Of a DNA stretch of 64,000 nt, positions 10,511-24,683 are shown one piece after another. The position numbers and the translations under genes were made by a program. The notes below the pieces were generated by a model, which saw only the letters and a program-made list of their open reading frames with translations, was not told where the DNA came from and did not search any database. The stretch is from NCBI GenBank assembly GCA_964234715.1, contig OZ174281.1, one strand, 5' to 3'. The DNA comes from Podarcis melisellensis. Lineage: Eukaryota. The first letter of the stretch is position 1. Every line of letters starts with the position of its first letter.

Positions 10511-13500
10511 AATGGTATTATAAGTTAAGAATGGGAGATTCTTTTTATAGTTACTGCGACAATATTTTACACTTTTTGTATTTGCAGAATAAAAATATAT
10601 ATAAAGGAAAACCAAATTATTTTCATAAAAGGAAAGCTGTATGGTAGCTCAGCACAATATAAAGCTTCCATTCTCATCAGTACCGGTTTTGCCAGGCAAC
10701 ACAATGTTGTAAGAATATGTTAGATAGTTTCTGATGGCACCATGCCAGTTGTGTCCAACACTGAGTACAATAAATATTTCAAGGGCTTGAATAATCTGTA
10801 AAAAGATAATGTGTGAGCAATGTCAGGCTCCAAGAAGATATTCTGAAAAAGTAGAGATTCTCACAGTCACTCAACTTGCTACAGTAAACTGGTAGGCTGT
10901 TTGGTTTGATCAGCATGAAGGGTACATGTACTTATATATTCCCTATCTTGTACTGGGCTTGACCTAGACTGGGACCCCATCCCCATGTATTTGAAAGGGA
11001 AATGCATGCAACAAACAAACAGAAAGTCACCAACTCAGCACACACATACCCTTAATACTTGAAAAATATTTTTCACCCAGGAAACCATACCGCAAAACAA
11101 AAGCATGATTTCCTTTCCTTTCTGAAGTTAAGCTGGTCCAGGTCTGATCAGTGCCTGAGGCAGTCCACATGGAGGCCACATTTACATCTTATGTCCCACG
11201 ATATAAGAATGGTGAAATATAAATAGAAGTTAGATACAAGTCCAGGAGTCAGCAGCAGGCCTGGATCTATACCAAGGGAAAATTTTCACTTAAGCAATAT
11301 CCCTTTCATGCTAATGCCTGTGCTGCCTGGGGCTCAAAGGATGTAGACCAAAACATTTGGTGGACGCCATGTTGTGGGAGCCTGTTGTTCAGATCACTTA
11401 GCAAGGCAAAGTTCAGTAGTGAGTTTGTGAATGGCAGAACTAATAGATTTGTGTTACATATTTAGTATGACACTATTCTATAACACTAATTAAAATGATT
11501 TGCATATATTAATTGTCACTGGGGTTCACATGAAACCATCTACTATATTGACAACTTTTTTTAAAAAAAAATCAACTAACCCATTTTATTAAACAAAATA
11601 AAATTGAAAGTAACAGGCTGCCGTTCTATACACACTTACCTGGAAGTATGTCCCATTGAACTCAGTGGGGCTTACTTCTGAGTAGACATGTACAGGTTGC
11701 ACTGATAGCGAGTTTTACATGGGTGGGTTAATTTTAAACGATGAATAATTTAAGTATTTCTTCTGGTGTAAAATACTTACTGTAACTCTATAAAGACTGA
11801 TTTTGGCTTCCTTCTATCAGGGTATGAGTAACCATATGCCAAGTATGCTGGTGGGCAGGGTCTTAGGAATACTGGTAATTACCGGTAACCCTGCAGTATA
11901 AAGTGCTATTTTCTGCACAGGAAACCAGAAGCAATATCTCTAGAAATGCCTTTCAACTAATTTTAGAGGCAATGTTCAAAATGGAGACTCTATCCCCTCC
12001 AAGTCCTTTACAGCTTTTATCAATTGAAGCAAGAATCTGAATGCTAAATTGTATGTCTGTGGATGAAGCACACTCAAGGTCTAAAATACAAAGCTAACAA
12101 GTTGCTAGCTGAGTGAAGAAAGCAAACCAATGCAAAACAGTAAAATGAAATCTCAAGGGGCCTCAAGAAAAGCAGGTTTCCCCAGGAGCAGGAAGTTGTA
12201 AAAGGGTAAGCAGATAATCACTGACCAGCATTAATTTTGAATGGTATACTACTGTGCTGGAACTAACAGAATGAAATAGCCTTTTCAAAGAAAATGTAAA
12301 ATAGCTTCAAAATACAGAAAATTCCAGCCACCTGTTTTCTAACTTGTCATAGTAACTGCTGTGTTTTGTTTTGCTGGTGTAATGCAGACATGCCCAAGTT
12401 TGAAATAAAGTAAACTTTCATGCAGTATGTCCAACAAGAGAAGCACCCTGGATTAGGCACAAGTCTGTATAAATCTATTAAAGAAGTCCTGGCCCTGAGA
12501 TTATTATAGCGCTGGTTCACATACAATGCCAGAATTTGGTATCATACATGTGAGCTTAATCCTTGTGAACCCTGACCCCCATCCCACTCTTTTCCTCCCA
12601 CTGTGCACTTCATGTCAATTATTTACTTTAACTTTGGTGTAAATCTTTGTTATAGTATCTGAACTGGCAAAATATAGTTTGCCCTATCTTCCAAATGAGG
12701 ATTGATCCTGGTTTGTTGGAGAAACACAACCATAGTCTTCCAATTCAGATATCCTAGGAAACAATTATTTGGACTAAAGCAAAAGTAGGAAATTGAAGTG
12801 GTGGACAAAAGAAGGGGGAGGAAGTGTGCAAACAGAAGACTAATTAACATAATACCTAACCATGCTTTGACTCTACATCTGAACCAAGCCAGTTTCAAAA
12901 ACCTTTCATATCCAACCCAATCCTATACATTTTTACTTAGAAGTAAGTAATGTTGACTTCATTGGAAATTAACTGACAAGTTAGGTTTGGAATGAACTCT
13001 AAAAAACATTATCCTGATGTCACAAAAAGGGGTGTGTTCTGGATTGCAGCCTGATTAACCTAAATATTGTTATATTTTTACTTGGAGAATACAACATATT
13101 AATATGATTGTTACTATTGTTATTCGCAAGGTAATATAAATGGCAAATTCTGTTTAAGATTTTATGCCAGTACAAAAAATGACCAGATCTATGGGCAGAA
13201 GATTGTCATCCCTTTTAACTGTAATGTCCTTGAAAACAACAATTTATGGATAATTTATTGCCAGTCTAGACTATTTCCTTGCTAAACATACTGGAAAGTG
13301 CTCTTCACTGTGATTATAGAAAGCATTAATTTTGGCAGTAAGTGAAGCATAGCACATGGTACCACAAGATAACTGATAGTTATATTTTCTGTGGGGACTA
13401 TTTTATTCATTCAGTGGGTCTATTTAATGAAACACCAGCTGGATTTACAGGAAAGAAGTTCTAATACCCACAATGAAATAACAAACACCTCAAAGATTCA

Positions 13501-13941
13501 ATGTATTTTATTGATGCTGAGAGACTGGCTTGGTGTCTTACAAAAATAAAAGGCTACTCAAACAATTCAGACCTAATTTTAATTCTTACCTACTACAAAT
13601 GTATAGTTGGAATATATTGTGTTCCTAATTACTTACTCTTGGGTGGCACTGAAACCTGTAAAATAGATTTTGGATGTACAAGTACAAGAGACAGCTAGTT
13701 AAAAGTTCTTGAGTCTTAGAATAAGGTTAAAAAAGTTGATACCACTACTTCATAAATATAGCATTGTGCCTAACCCTGAGGCTCAAACTACACTCAACAC
13801 AACAAAAATTAAAAAATTCTGAACATATCAGCACAGACAGAAATGAGGCTCTGAAAGTAGGACCACTATTGCAGCATTCTAACACTCTTTAGGACTGAAG
13901 CAATGAACACCAAAAAGTGTGTTCTGTGCCGAGGTACACAC

Positions 13942-14505
13942 CTCTTCCTCTGAACTGTCACTCAGGTCATTGTCAAGTGAAGCACTCAAGGAGGCCGCCT
14001 TGGGCTCCAGGTAGCAGAGGCACATAGCCAGAGGAAAGGAGAGAGTGAGAGCGTATGGCACTGAGAAAGAGGCAGAAAGCAGAAAGAAAAAGATGAAGAG
14101 GAAACAAGGCACAAGGGATGGTGAGCGAATGGGAAGGAAGTGCTGCACACTTTCTGGCAGAAAGTTGGTTTCAGAGAGATTAGGAAAGGATAAGTAGCCA
14201 TCATCATCCAGGAGTGTGGGGAATGATTCTGGAAGTTGCAAGGAGAAGGAAAACAATGTCCCGCCTTTACCAGCCTTTTGTTTATAGCTGAAGGCCATAT
14301 CTTGTTCAACTGAGCAAACTCTTCCTTTTCTTTCAGAGTCCAACTCAGACTCGTCAGGCTTTTGAACAGTGCTTTTAGATGACTTGCAATCTAATGGTTT
14401 TCGACCACTCTCCTTACATCTCCTACGGGGCTTTGTCGAAGATGCAAAGGGACCAGATTGTGAGGATGGTGAGGTATGTAATGGATCTGTACCAAGCAAA
14501 GGTGG
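13942..14505 (-). CDS. EPB41L3: EPB41L3 exon 13 (U2 domain; PPLLGTDP...LVPCFLFIFFFLLSASFSVPYALTLSFPLAMCLCYLEPK...DSSEEE)
   Basis: tttcatcag|CCA ... GAG|gtgtgt; 564 nt, phase 0/0; 3' half closely matches human 4.1B. Confidence 0.95.
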
Positions 14506-16957
14506 CTGATGAAAAAGAAGAAAGAGCAGCAAACAAAGTGCAAGAGCAAAAGGACAAAAGAAAATTGTAATTAGTTAATTTCCTCTGTATATAAAAAGTT
14601 AATTACATAAGTTTTAAAAAACCAAATTTATTCACTGGATTAAATTCCCTTGCCACATGCCATAGCTATTCAAATGAAGGAGAGCAGTCCAATAACACAA
14701 ATTCGAAGGTCAATGTGTCTGTTAACAGTATTAGACATCTTATAATTTAAAATATTCAAATGTACATATTCGGTAGAAACCCAGCTACTACATTTGGTTA
14801 ATAAACTAGATATTCTTAAACATGAAAGCTCAATTGAGATAGTCACCCAAACCATGATTTGAAAAAAATGGAATTGTGTTATAGACCAGATGTGAGGAAC
14901 CTTTGGCCCTTCAGATTTTCTTAACTGCAACACTCATCAACCCCAGCAAGCATGGGCAATACCCAGGGTTGATAGGAGCTGTAGTAGCAGAACATCTGGA
15001 GGGCCAAAGGTTTTCCATATCTGCTACAAACCTTCATAGTCCTTCATCACCTTGGTACATGCACCAATTCCCTCTTCCATTTCCAGTCTGCTCTAATCCT
15101 ATTTTACTATAACATACCTATTTACACATCAAAGCAAGTGCCAATTGTAAACCAGGCCATGGTTTACAAACCCACTTCAATCCCATGGTTTGGAGGGTTA
15201 CCACTACCATATTTTGCCCAACTTAGTCATTACTTTAAGCTACAGTTAGAAGGAATTGGAAACTAGAACAAGACATTGGCATGAAAGAGAAGCTGATCCT
15301 CCCAAACATTCTTTCCAAAGAATGCTTGGAATTGTTTGGAGACAGTAAGGATTTGTTAAAGAAAATTTTTCATCACCTGGGAGTCTTTTGAGAAGCTGTT
15401 AAAAGTGGGATAAAATTTATGTATGTTTCTATAACTGTAGCCAAACTGAGAAAAAGAGGGTGGTATCAGCCTTCTTGGGAGAACTACAAAGGTCCGTAGA
15501 AGTCCAAAACATCTTGAGGGGTGGGGATTTTAAGGGGTGAAATCCCACATACCCAAACATGCTCAGTAGCTATAGAACACTGAGGGGGTGTTGGGGAAAT
15601 GGATGAGGGCATGGCTGGCTGGCACCCTAAGCAGAAGCACACCACACTGCGATGTTTTGTTGCCCATCCCACTTGCTGTAAAGAATTTCCATATAAGAAG
15701 TACAAAATGTCACCGTATATTACGAAGAAGGAACTACAATGGAAATCAGGTGACATGTAGCTTGTGTATAGATAGTAAGTGTTCTTGGGAAAATACAGTG
15801 TGTCCCAAACTACCTATTCCCTGATAATATACAGGTAATGTGCTGTACATGGAACTGCCTTTCTAGACTATTGGGAAATTTCAATTACTTGAGACAAAAG
15901 TGGTGAAATCTTTATCTGGACCATCTAGAAATGAGTATGGTCCATTTTAAAGATTTCTTTACATATCTTTGCTGCCTACCAGACTTTCCAACCAAAAATC
16001 AAAATGCTAGTTTTAGGTCTAGGAATAGGGAGCCTGAAAGACTTCTCCCCTATGAACTTGCCCAGCCACTGATACTACCGGAGACATGACTGTGAAAGCT
16101 CTCACATTCTGAGATGGGTGACTATCAGAGATTATGGTAGTAACATCTCAACTATGTAATCTTATCAAAGGATTATGTTATTGTGAGTTTTTAATGCTTT
16201 CTAACAGTTTAGTGACTTTAAGTCCAGAGGCTTTGGCTTACACAGATTATCTGTCTACAGGTAGAAGTACCCCAACGGTGATGTCTTATTTATCTGGACA
16301 CTTTCCATTTGTAGTTACAACTATACCAGCTGACAAAATTTTCAAATCTATTCTTACACAGCAAGCTTTAGATGAATTGTGTTGATTCCAGGGAATCAAA
16401 GATACAAACTGGATAGGTTCAGCCTGTTAGTGGATGAACTACTGCTGGTAAAACAATGTGAATGCACAGTGCTTTGCTGGATCCAGTCAAACTCCATGTA
16501 CTTCACTGATCTGAGGTTTTTTACACTCACACTGTGTATAAAATTTATGAAAAAAATAAATAACATTGTATTTTCAAATGTGGCCTAGATGGCTTCGAGA
16601 TGTTCTAAAACATAGTATAATAGCTATTCCTAAGTCAATCTGAGTTATCCTTTTACAAACTGTCCTGCAGCTTTCATAATTTTACCTGCCTTTGCTTTGG
16701 TTTAACAATGGAGCTTGTGTAGAACCCCCCCCCCCACCTTTTCCCGTTAAGTTGTGCCCTATGGTAATTTACTACACTGACATCAAGTTTTTAAGTATTA
16801 AACAAAAATGGTAATCAAATAAAGGATGATGAAGAATCTGAGTTAGCATGAGTAAATGTATAACATTAGCAGATTTGGAAGTTAATACATTAGTGAGATA
16901 TTAAATGGAGAGGGAGACATATGGTGATATCCAATTAAGTGATGCCTAGAAGAGTGA

Positions 16958-17930
16958 TTGTTGGCATCCATCTGTCTTGAGAGACAATGGAAGAGTGCGT
17001 CTTCAGGGGTAAAGTGAAACTATTGGAGAGTTACAGCACCTGCTGTGGCTGTTGAGACCAAAATGGGAGAGACACGTTTTGTTGCAGCTGGGCGGATCTT
17101 CAGTCGAGCACCAGGGAGAAGTATATGCCACAGAGAGTTGGGGCAAGAACACAGGCCTATTTTACACTGCTCTTTATAGGAAAGGCGTTTGAGGATGAAC
17201 CATCATATTGGACAGTGGCATGCATGTTCTTGTGGAAGGCCACAATCATCTTGTGGAGCCTAGGTGGGTATCCTATTTTGTTGAGCAATGTGAAGAGTCC
17301 TTTTTAACTGACCAAGGTCAAAGGCTTTTGTCAGGTCTATGAAGGAGATGTACAAGGAGGATTTCTGCTCTTGGCATTTCTCCTGCAGCTGGTACAATGA
17401 GAAAAAACATGTCGACTGTTGACCTCTGAGCTCTAAAGCAACATTGTGACTCTGAATAGACTCTGTTGGTGAGAGACTGTAATCTGTTGAGAACGACAGG
17501 GGCAAAGACGGTTTCTACAGTATTCAGCAGGGAGATTCCACGATAGTTCTTACAATCATGGCAGTCACCTTTGTTCTTATAGAGGATCACAATCCTGGGG
17601 GTCATGAGAGGTGCATTATGTTGGAGGAATTGAGGCTAGCTTTCAGCACTTCTGTTGAGATTCTGTCCTGTCCTGGGGCTTAACCTTATGCCTGAGAGTT
17701 GATGGCATTCTTAAGCTCATCAAGGAAGGGGGGAGCAGCCAACTCTCCAAGACAAGCAGAGTCTGAATGCTGTCAATTGCTGTGTCAGAGACCATGTTTT
17801 CCTGCGAGAACAGTTCTTGATAGTGCTCTGGCCATCACTTCATCTGTTTGCTGCAGTCTGTGATGATCTCTCTAGACAAGGTTTTTAGCAGTGCAGTTTT
17901 CCTGACAGTCTAAAGGTTGTCTGCATACCT
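16958..17930 (-). mobile_element. Decayed RTE-clade LINE fragment (RT domain plus 3' end, internally deleted)
   Basis: Frameshifted RT motifs LYKNKGD..C.NYRGISLL, SESQCCFRAQRSTVDM, QLQEKCQEQ..LYISFIDLTKAFD; C-terminal CNKTCLSHFGLNSHSRCC near 17030-17085. Confidence 0.88.
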
Positions 17931-18297
17931 CAAGTAGACTCACTGAAATCAGTGGTCTTAATTTAGCTATGAGTAACTTAAGTCCATTTATTTCAAGGGG
18001 GCTGCTCTAAGTACAACTTAATTGGATGCCACGTATACTGTACATATTTAACTTATTTAGAGCACAAGAGCAAATTCTATGACAATCAATTTGATACTGC
18101 ATTTTCATATATTTATAGTGCAGGCCTATACATGTCTTATCACAAGTACGTCCTTCTAAATGAGGAACCCCATGGAAGCTTTCAATAAATCTCCCATACT
18201 ACTCTGATATGGTAAATGGAGGTAAAATAATTAAAAAGAGAAATAACTAATTTCAAAAGGATTTTTTAAAGAAAAGAAAACCCAACAGATGCAACTA

Positions 18298-18301
<4 letters not shown>

Positions 18302-18387
<86 letters not shown>
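18302..18387. repeat. Compound microsatellite (GT)n(GA)n
   Basis: Directly visible. Confidence 0.98.
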
Positions 18388-18390
<3 letters not shown>

Positions 18391-18902
18391 GGATGGATCA
18401 AGTTGTACTTTAAAATAAAAAAATCAACAGAGCTGCTATTGATTTCAGTGATCATAGCAACCACACACAGGGTGAGTTTTTGGTGAATCAGGTCCATGTA
18501 CCTGGTGGCTGAATTGTTACCTGGTGGCAGAATTCTGACCACCTGTTTGAGAGGCATAATCTAGTTTATTTTTCTTCTGCTCTTAACAGGTAATTGGCAC
18601 TGTCAGAGCTGACAGTTACTAACAGTTTGGTAGGTTCATATGTAAAGTTATTTGCACCCAGTCCACTATTGCACAGAAAGATCTGTGCACTGGAACCCAA
18701 GACATAAAATCTTGAATTTATAAGAAGACAACTTTTTCTTATTTTCCTATCTTACTGTATTTATTTCTGTTCATCTAATTTGCTTCTATGATTTAATTCT
18801 CTTAATCTAAATACATGGTCCTCTTAATAAGCTGTAATACTTTCTTATTAGTAAGAGTAAAAGCCATTTTACTCTTACTAATTCATTAAGCATCACCATT
18901 TA

Positions 18903-19122
18903 GATTTTCGGAAATTCGTTCAACTTCCAAAAACGTTCAAAAACCAAGGCGCGGCTTCCAATTGGCTGCAGGAGCTTCCACTCACTCAGAAGCCACGGAA
19001 GCCCCACCAGACATTTGGGTTCCAAAGAACGTTCACAAACCGGAACACTCACTTCCAGGTTTGCGGCGTTCAGGAGCCAAGACGTTCGAGTCGCAAGGCA
19101 GTTGACAGCCAAGGTACGACTG
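18903..19122. mobile_element. Truncated Tc1/mariner-type non-autonomous element (one TIR, ...AAGGTACGACTG followed by TA)
   Basis: CpG-rich island in AT-rich intron ending in a CAGTCGTACC-type terminus flanked by TA; left end missing. Confidence 0.65.
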
Positions 19123-20320
19123 TATAATAAACACACTGCTTTCAGTGTAGTTTGCAACAACAAATTTTGTTCTTTTTAGCCCTACAATTGAATTAAAAGT
19201 GCAGAGTGAATGCTGTCGCTTCAGTTTATTCTTACAAACTTATTTCAGTTGCCTGGAGCTGCAAAATCAAAAATTTTAACCAACCGAGCAGCTATAAAGA
19301 CAGAATTAAGAATTTGTACATTTATGTAAAAGCTTTACAGCCATAGCCTGTGAGCTTCCCAGTCAGCAAAGTAATTAGAAAAGGTGCCAGCAACATCACA
19401 ATTTGGGGTGACACTGCACTGGTGTCAGCAGCCAACCTCAGGCTGTCATACAGGAGTGGCTGTGTGGACCAGCAGTGCAGTGCAAAGCTGCTAAAGCAGA
19501 GTGGTTGTGAAAGAAATGAACAGCGGACATGCAAAACTAGGGATAATAAACCTACATTGTATTATAAAAGCATGCTATTATAGAACACACGGGCAAAGAC
19601 CTAGATGCCTCAAATTTGAAAAACAGGACTGAAACTAAAGAAGCAGCTCAAATGGAATAGAATGCTGTTTAGAGTATATGTGGCTGCAACATTAGGCTGA
19701 AGCTCCTCATTTACATTGTTGATTGAACCTACTAGTTGTGTGCAACAGACACTGAAGGAGACCTACTGGCTCAGAAAATTGCTTGCTTTGCTATGGATCC
19801 AGAATTAGTTAAAACCTATTTCCCCAAGTACTGTGGCTGGCTAATGGAATGAAATGCCAAAACCTACACTTAAAAGTGTGCCAGCAACACTGATTCCAAC
19901 AACATGAAAAGGAAGGTAGTGATATTTTAGATCAGAAAACTAAGAATTCACACAAGAGCCATTTGGATAAACTTCTCAGGAGTAATTAAAAAAACATGGT
20001 AAAAGTGAGATCTTTTTTAAAAATTACAAACATAAAAGTCCTGGTCTCCTAAAAATAAGAAAAATGTGAAAGCCATCTCAGTCCATAATAGCAAAGCTAT
20101 TTACATTTTTGCAGAGTTCATCATATTGCTTAGAAACAAACCATTTCTCTATAAAATAAGATGTGTTGCAAGTCATCGTATTCAAATTGCAGAAAAAGAC
20201 TCCACAGGATCATAAATATATTTCCTGTTGAATATGAATATATATCATGACAAATGTTTCTTTCTACCACTTCTAATTTTGCTTAGCTAGTGGAGCTAAA
20301 TATAAACCAGAAAACTATAC

Positions 20321-20541
20321 CTTTGTATCATGCCGTATTGTTGAGACTGGAGTGACTTCTTCTGATTTCTTCTTTTTATTCTGGTCCTCATCCTTCTCCT
20401 CTTCCGCCTTTTTCTCTGGAGTCACAGTGGTTATCAAGTTCGTTTGAGAGATGCCCTTTGTCGTGGCATACTGGCCAGTACCAACCTCTGCAGCAGACAT
20501 AGAATCCTTCATGTACATTTCATGGTTTTCATTGACTGATG
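20321..20541 (-). CDS. EPB41L3: EPB41L3 exon 12 (ASVNENHEMYMKDSMSAAEVGTGQYATTKGISQTNLITTVTPEKK...IRHDTK); alternative acceptor at 20487
   Basis: ttttag|CA TCA ... AAG|gtatag; 221 nt, or 167 nt from the internal CAG. Confidence 0.95.
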
Positions 20542-23500
20542 CTAAAAGCAAATATAATTTGAAGAGGTAAAGTCTAACATAAATTGCGCTGCAAAGCCAA
20601 ATAAAAATAAATGTGGATTAAAGCAATTTGCCAAGGAGCTAAAAATGTCATGTTTCAGAAACATGCAGAAACATGTATAATTACTAAGTATATTTGCAAA
20701 GGGATTAAATATACAAGTGTGCATATGCATACACACATATTAAGGCTTTATATGTATTCATACACATGCAGATGCTCCATAACACATATTCAGAATACAT
20801 TTATAATATTAGTTGCTAGAATGCTCAACATCAAAAAACTAACATGATTTGAGCATGTTGCAGCGTTTCTCGCTTAAGGGAACAGTGTAAATAATAATCA
20901 ATATGCAATGTGCATAGCAGGAACGGGTTCTGTTTACTATTTCCATTATAATGTAACCAGATGAAATGCAACCAAAATGGAGCCAAAAAGGAGGACAGTA
21001 TAAACCTAAAAAAATTAAACTGTACATCCAAAGAAGATTCCATAATTTTTGGAAACGAAAAAGATTTTTTTAGAAAGCTGAGTATGTAAAAAACAATTTA
21101 TAGGACTGGTATCATTGCATTGAAACATTATGATAAAAAAACCTCTAATGGTCCAAAATTTGTATGTTATGTTATTATGAATCAAAATTATACTTCTGTG
21201 TATATTACAGACCTTTTCCTCTATACATATCAAATGTCACCACTCTATGGCAAATCGATCTATCTAGCTGTTTCAGAATTGCACTGTAAATCATAACTGT
21301 AGAAACCTTTTCCTAGAGTAAAATTCTGGCGGTGAGAAGCTATAATAATTTCCATTCCATTTGTGTAGACTTAAATGATACCATGGTACTCTGCAAGACT
21401 GCCAATGGGGGGGTGACAAACTAGATGTGTGATGTTACTCAAGTTGTTAGCCCTTGCATGGTTGTTGTTTTGAAAACCAATAAACAGCTTTATAGGAGGC
21501 AAGTAAGTCAGATCAGAGTCATGACATGAGGCTTTATCACATTCCCTCTGTTACAGTCCTGATCAGAACTGGGCGCCAATGGCAGTTTTCACTCCACCGC
21601 AAGTAGCAGGCATAGTTCCACTGACACCAATCAGAGAAACATCTGTCCAAGCATTAACTCACTTCCTCCTTCCCATTCTAAGGCCCAAAACTGGTTTGAC
21701 CTCCCCATTCACATAACCTGCTACTTATTAAAGAAAAAACTAACTGCAAGCACTAACAATATTACAGTCTCATTTGGCCCTCCATGGTAAGTCCTGGGGA
21801 AACAGACTTACAATAACTAATTCTGTAAGCTTTTCCCCCATCCCCCCCCCTTATATATTGAACTTTCAAAATCTCTAATTTTTCTTTCCAATAAATCAGT
21901 GAGCCTCCTTTGGACCTGTACCAGAAGCAATGCTTTATGTTTATTTTATTGTGATTTTATTTTGGTGTTTTTCAGTTGTTAGATTCCTTACACAGTGCCC
22001 TGATGGGTGGCCTAAAAATCTTTTAGATTAATAAAATTATTATTCTTTTATTTTAAATAAAATTATTGTCTATGGCTATACAGTGCTATTGGCTTCCATT
22101 TAATTTCAGTGATGCACATGGATGCCAACTGAAAGCTGAGCAGCAACTTTGAAAGGAATACTAGTAACAATTATATGTATAACTTTTCTAAGATGTATCT
22201 GGCCTGAATAGAATATAGAAATTGGAAGACGAGGTTACACTAAGTATAGGCTTGAATCCAGAAAACCCAGGATCAAATCTCCTCTGTACTATGAATCTCA
22301 CTGGGCTTTCTTGAGCTAGTCACTATTTCTCAGCTGAACTACCTCACAAGATTGTTGTATTATAAGCTGAGCTCTTTGGAGGATGAGCAAGATACAAATG
22401 AAATAACCAAATAGCCAGGTGTATACTTATGCCATTGAATTCACTGGTAACTTTACACAAGTATTTAGTTCCCCAAATTAGTAACCAGTGCAAGGTAAAC
22501 CTACTCCATGGTTAATATCTAATTACCAATTTGTAATAATACCAGGTTCCACCTTTTTATATGCTTCACTCAGAGTGATTTTTCAAATTAATGTAGTCAT
22601 AATTCTGTTCTGCCTCAACAAACCCTTTGGGAAAAAACCTAATCTGCACTTTCAGAATTTGTGTATATTATCTGTGATTTAGAGATACATGTACATTCAA
22701 TTTGTATGCACATCAAAAATTATTGGAGCACCTTTCCCTCTCTTAGTAAACTCAAATCACATTTTATACCCCCTATTTTTAAAAATGGGGCTCATGTTCT
22801 GCCCAGAAAAAAACACTGTCCGATTAACCATGATGTAACCTATGCATGCATACAAGACAATGATTAGGGTTGTTCTGATCTGATTTTTGCTAGAGGTATT
22901 TACTTAATAAAAACTAAGCAAAGAAAAACAACACTGAGAACAATTTGTACTCTGAGATGCATGCATAGCAGCAAGGTCGCGAGTTGCTTGGTAACCAGCA
23001 GGAAGCATATTAGTACTCAAAAGGATCAAAATTAATGAGTGATAAGCGCTCATGTTATCAGTTTCAGCAGGGAACACCAGGGATTATCACTAATTTATAT
23101 GGATCACAATTTTTTCCATTGACCCTGGGAGTTGCTTGGTATCTGCTTTATATTCTTTTTCTTATGTATAGAAATTTGAATAGCAGCTTCCTAAAAGACA
23201 GTTACATGCCGATTTTCTATCTGCAAATAAATAGTATTAAACTGAAAATTGGTTAGGTGAGTTCACATTTTGAGCATCATGTTTTGTTAGTTTTAAAGGG
23301 TTGCAAATTGTTGATAACCGTAAGCAACAAAAGTAGCAGGAAAGAGGAAGGAAAGAGCTAGCTCAGGAGCCTTGATTTGTCTTTCACAACATATACTAAT
23401 TTATTTACACCGTATGCGTGCAAACGAGGCTGGAATCTAGGCAGCACCTGAAAATTAGAATGCTGCTTACCTGGGACTCCACGGAGGTGGGGTTTGTGGC

Positions 23501-24274
23501 CTGGCCTGGCAGAAGCCTGGATCCGAGGCCTTCTTAGGCTACAGGTAGCCACTGAGGGATGCCAGCACCTCCCTCTGCAGCCATGTGGCATGCCCAGAGG
23601 CCTTGTTCAAGTGAGCCAGTCAGGAGCAAGCTAAGGGGTAGGGCTGTGGACCTGACAACCCTAGTTCCCAGTTAAATCCATCTAATATTAATAAATATTA
23701 GCTGCACGCAGCCACCTCAGCTCCAATCCTTGCTGAACTTCCAACCCACCTGCCCTGTTTATGGGTCCTGCCCATAGGTGTGCAGGCAGCTATATGGAAA
23801 TGACTTAATTTCCACATAGGCAGGCAGACATCTGATATGACACCAATCTGAAACCTAAAAATGAGTTCTGGTGGCAATTGTTTTATGTATTTATTCGAGT
23901 TTCTTTGGGATCTAGGTCAACTATCGAGTATATATTTGGTTGGAACACCCTAAAAAGCTGAGGGAAACAGAAAGCACTTCGGTAACTGAAGAAAGACTGG
24001 TGGTTGAAGGAATAGGTGGGCCAAGGTTGAAGTTTCATTGTTCTTCTTTCCACAGCTTTTGTGTACTGCCGTATGAATAAGCCCAGGAAAAGCAGAAGGC
24101 TAATATTTATTTAATGGGCATTTTATAATGAATGAAGGATCATGCATATACTTACAAGCATCATCCGACAGAAGCTCAAGGGACATGAGATTACAAGAAG
24201 CTTAAATCTGTTCTCTAACAATATTTAAAAAATTAAGATAAAACTCCAAATAAAGACCATCAAGAGCATCTTAC

Positions 24275-24450
24275 CGCCATCTAAGCTGCGAGACATTGTA
24301 TAGCGTTTGCTTGATGAACGCTCAAAGTAAGGTGCTGGGCGGTCTATCAGTGCACTTGCTCTCCTTGTCTGGGCTTGTGTCCTTCCACTGTAGCGAAACT
24401 TGGAACCCAGTGTAAGAAATTTTTTGGGAGGAGCCTCTGGGAGCAAGAGC
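24275..24450 (-). CDS. EPB41L3: EPB41L3 exon 11 ([32 protein letters not shown]...MSRSLDG), FERM-adjacent domain
   Basis: ttctag|G CTC ... GGC G|gtaaga; 176 nt. Confidence 0.97.
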
Positions 24451-24683
24451 CTAGAACATATCACACAGAATGCTTGTGACAAATTGCAGGTTTTAAATGG
24501 GAAAAATGAAGTGAAAAATAAATTCTGGGTATCCATGTCTCTATTCCATAATCCTTTATTTGATACGGTTATAACACAGTGCTCCTACGCATGCCTCCTC
24601 AGATGTAAATCTAGTTATATCCACTGGTACTAACACCCAGGCTAGGTGGACATAGATCTACAGCCTCAGTTTTATGCTAGAAT

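Noticed and set aside
11620-11705. Short imperfect hairpins (also near 4255-4325, 44010-44095, 44760-44830) resembling pre-miRNAs
   Set aside because: They are similar to one another and look like decayed copies of a dispersed palindromic MITE family.
12050-12230. Long pyrimidine-rich stretch on the transcribed strand in intron 13 suggesting a hidden acceptor
   Set aside because: Downstream frames hit stops and no matching in-phase donor was found.
13986-14309. 107-aa alternative-frame ORF overlapping exon 13
   Set aside because: Starts at a TTG, resembles no protein I recognise, and open shifted frames of this size can arise by chance inside coding exons.
23471-23630. GC-rich segment with AG acceptor and strong CAG|GTAAGC donor in intron 11
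   Set aside because: 160 nt, with an early stop in the required phase, and it abuts a TAGGGTTGTCAGG transposon-like terminus; more likely a repeat fragment, though a poison exon is not excluded.
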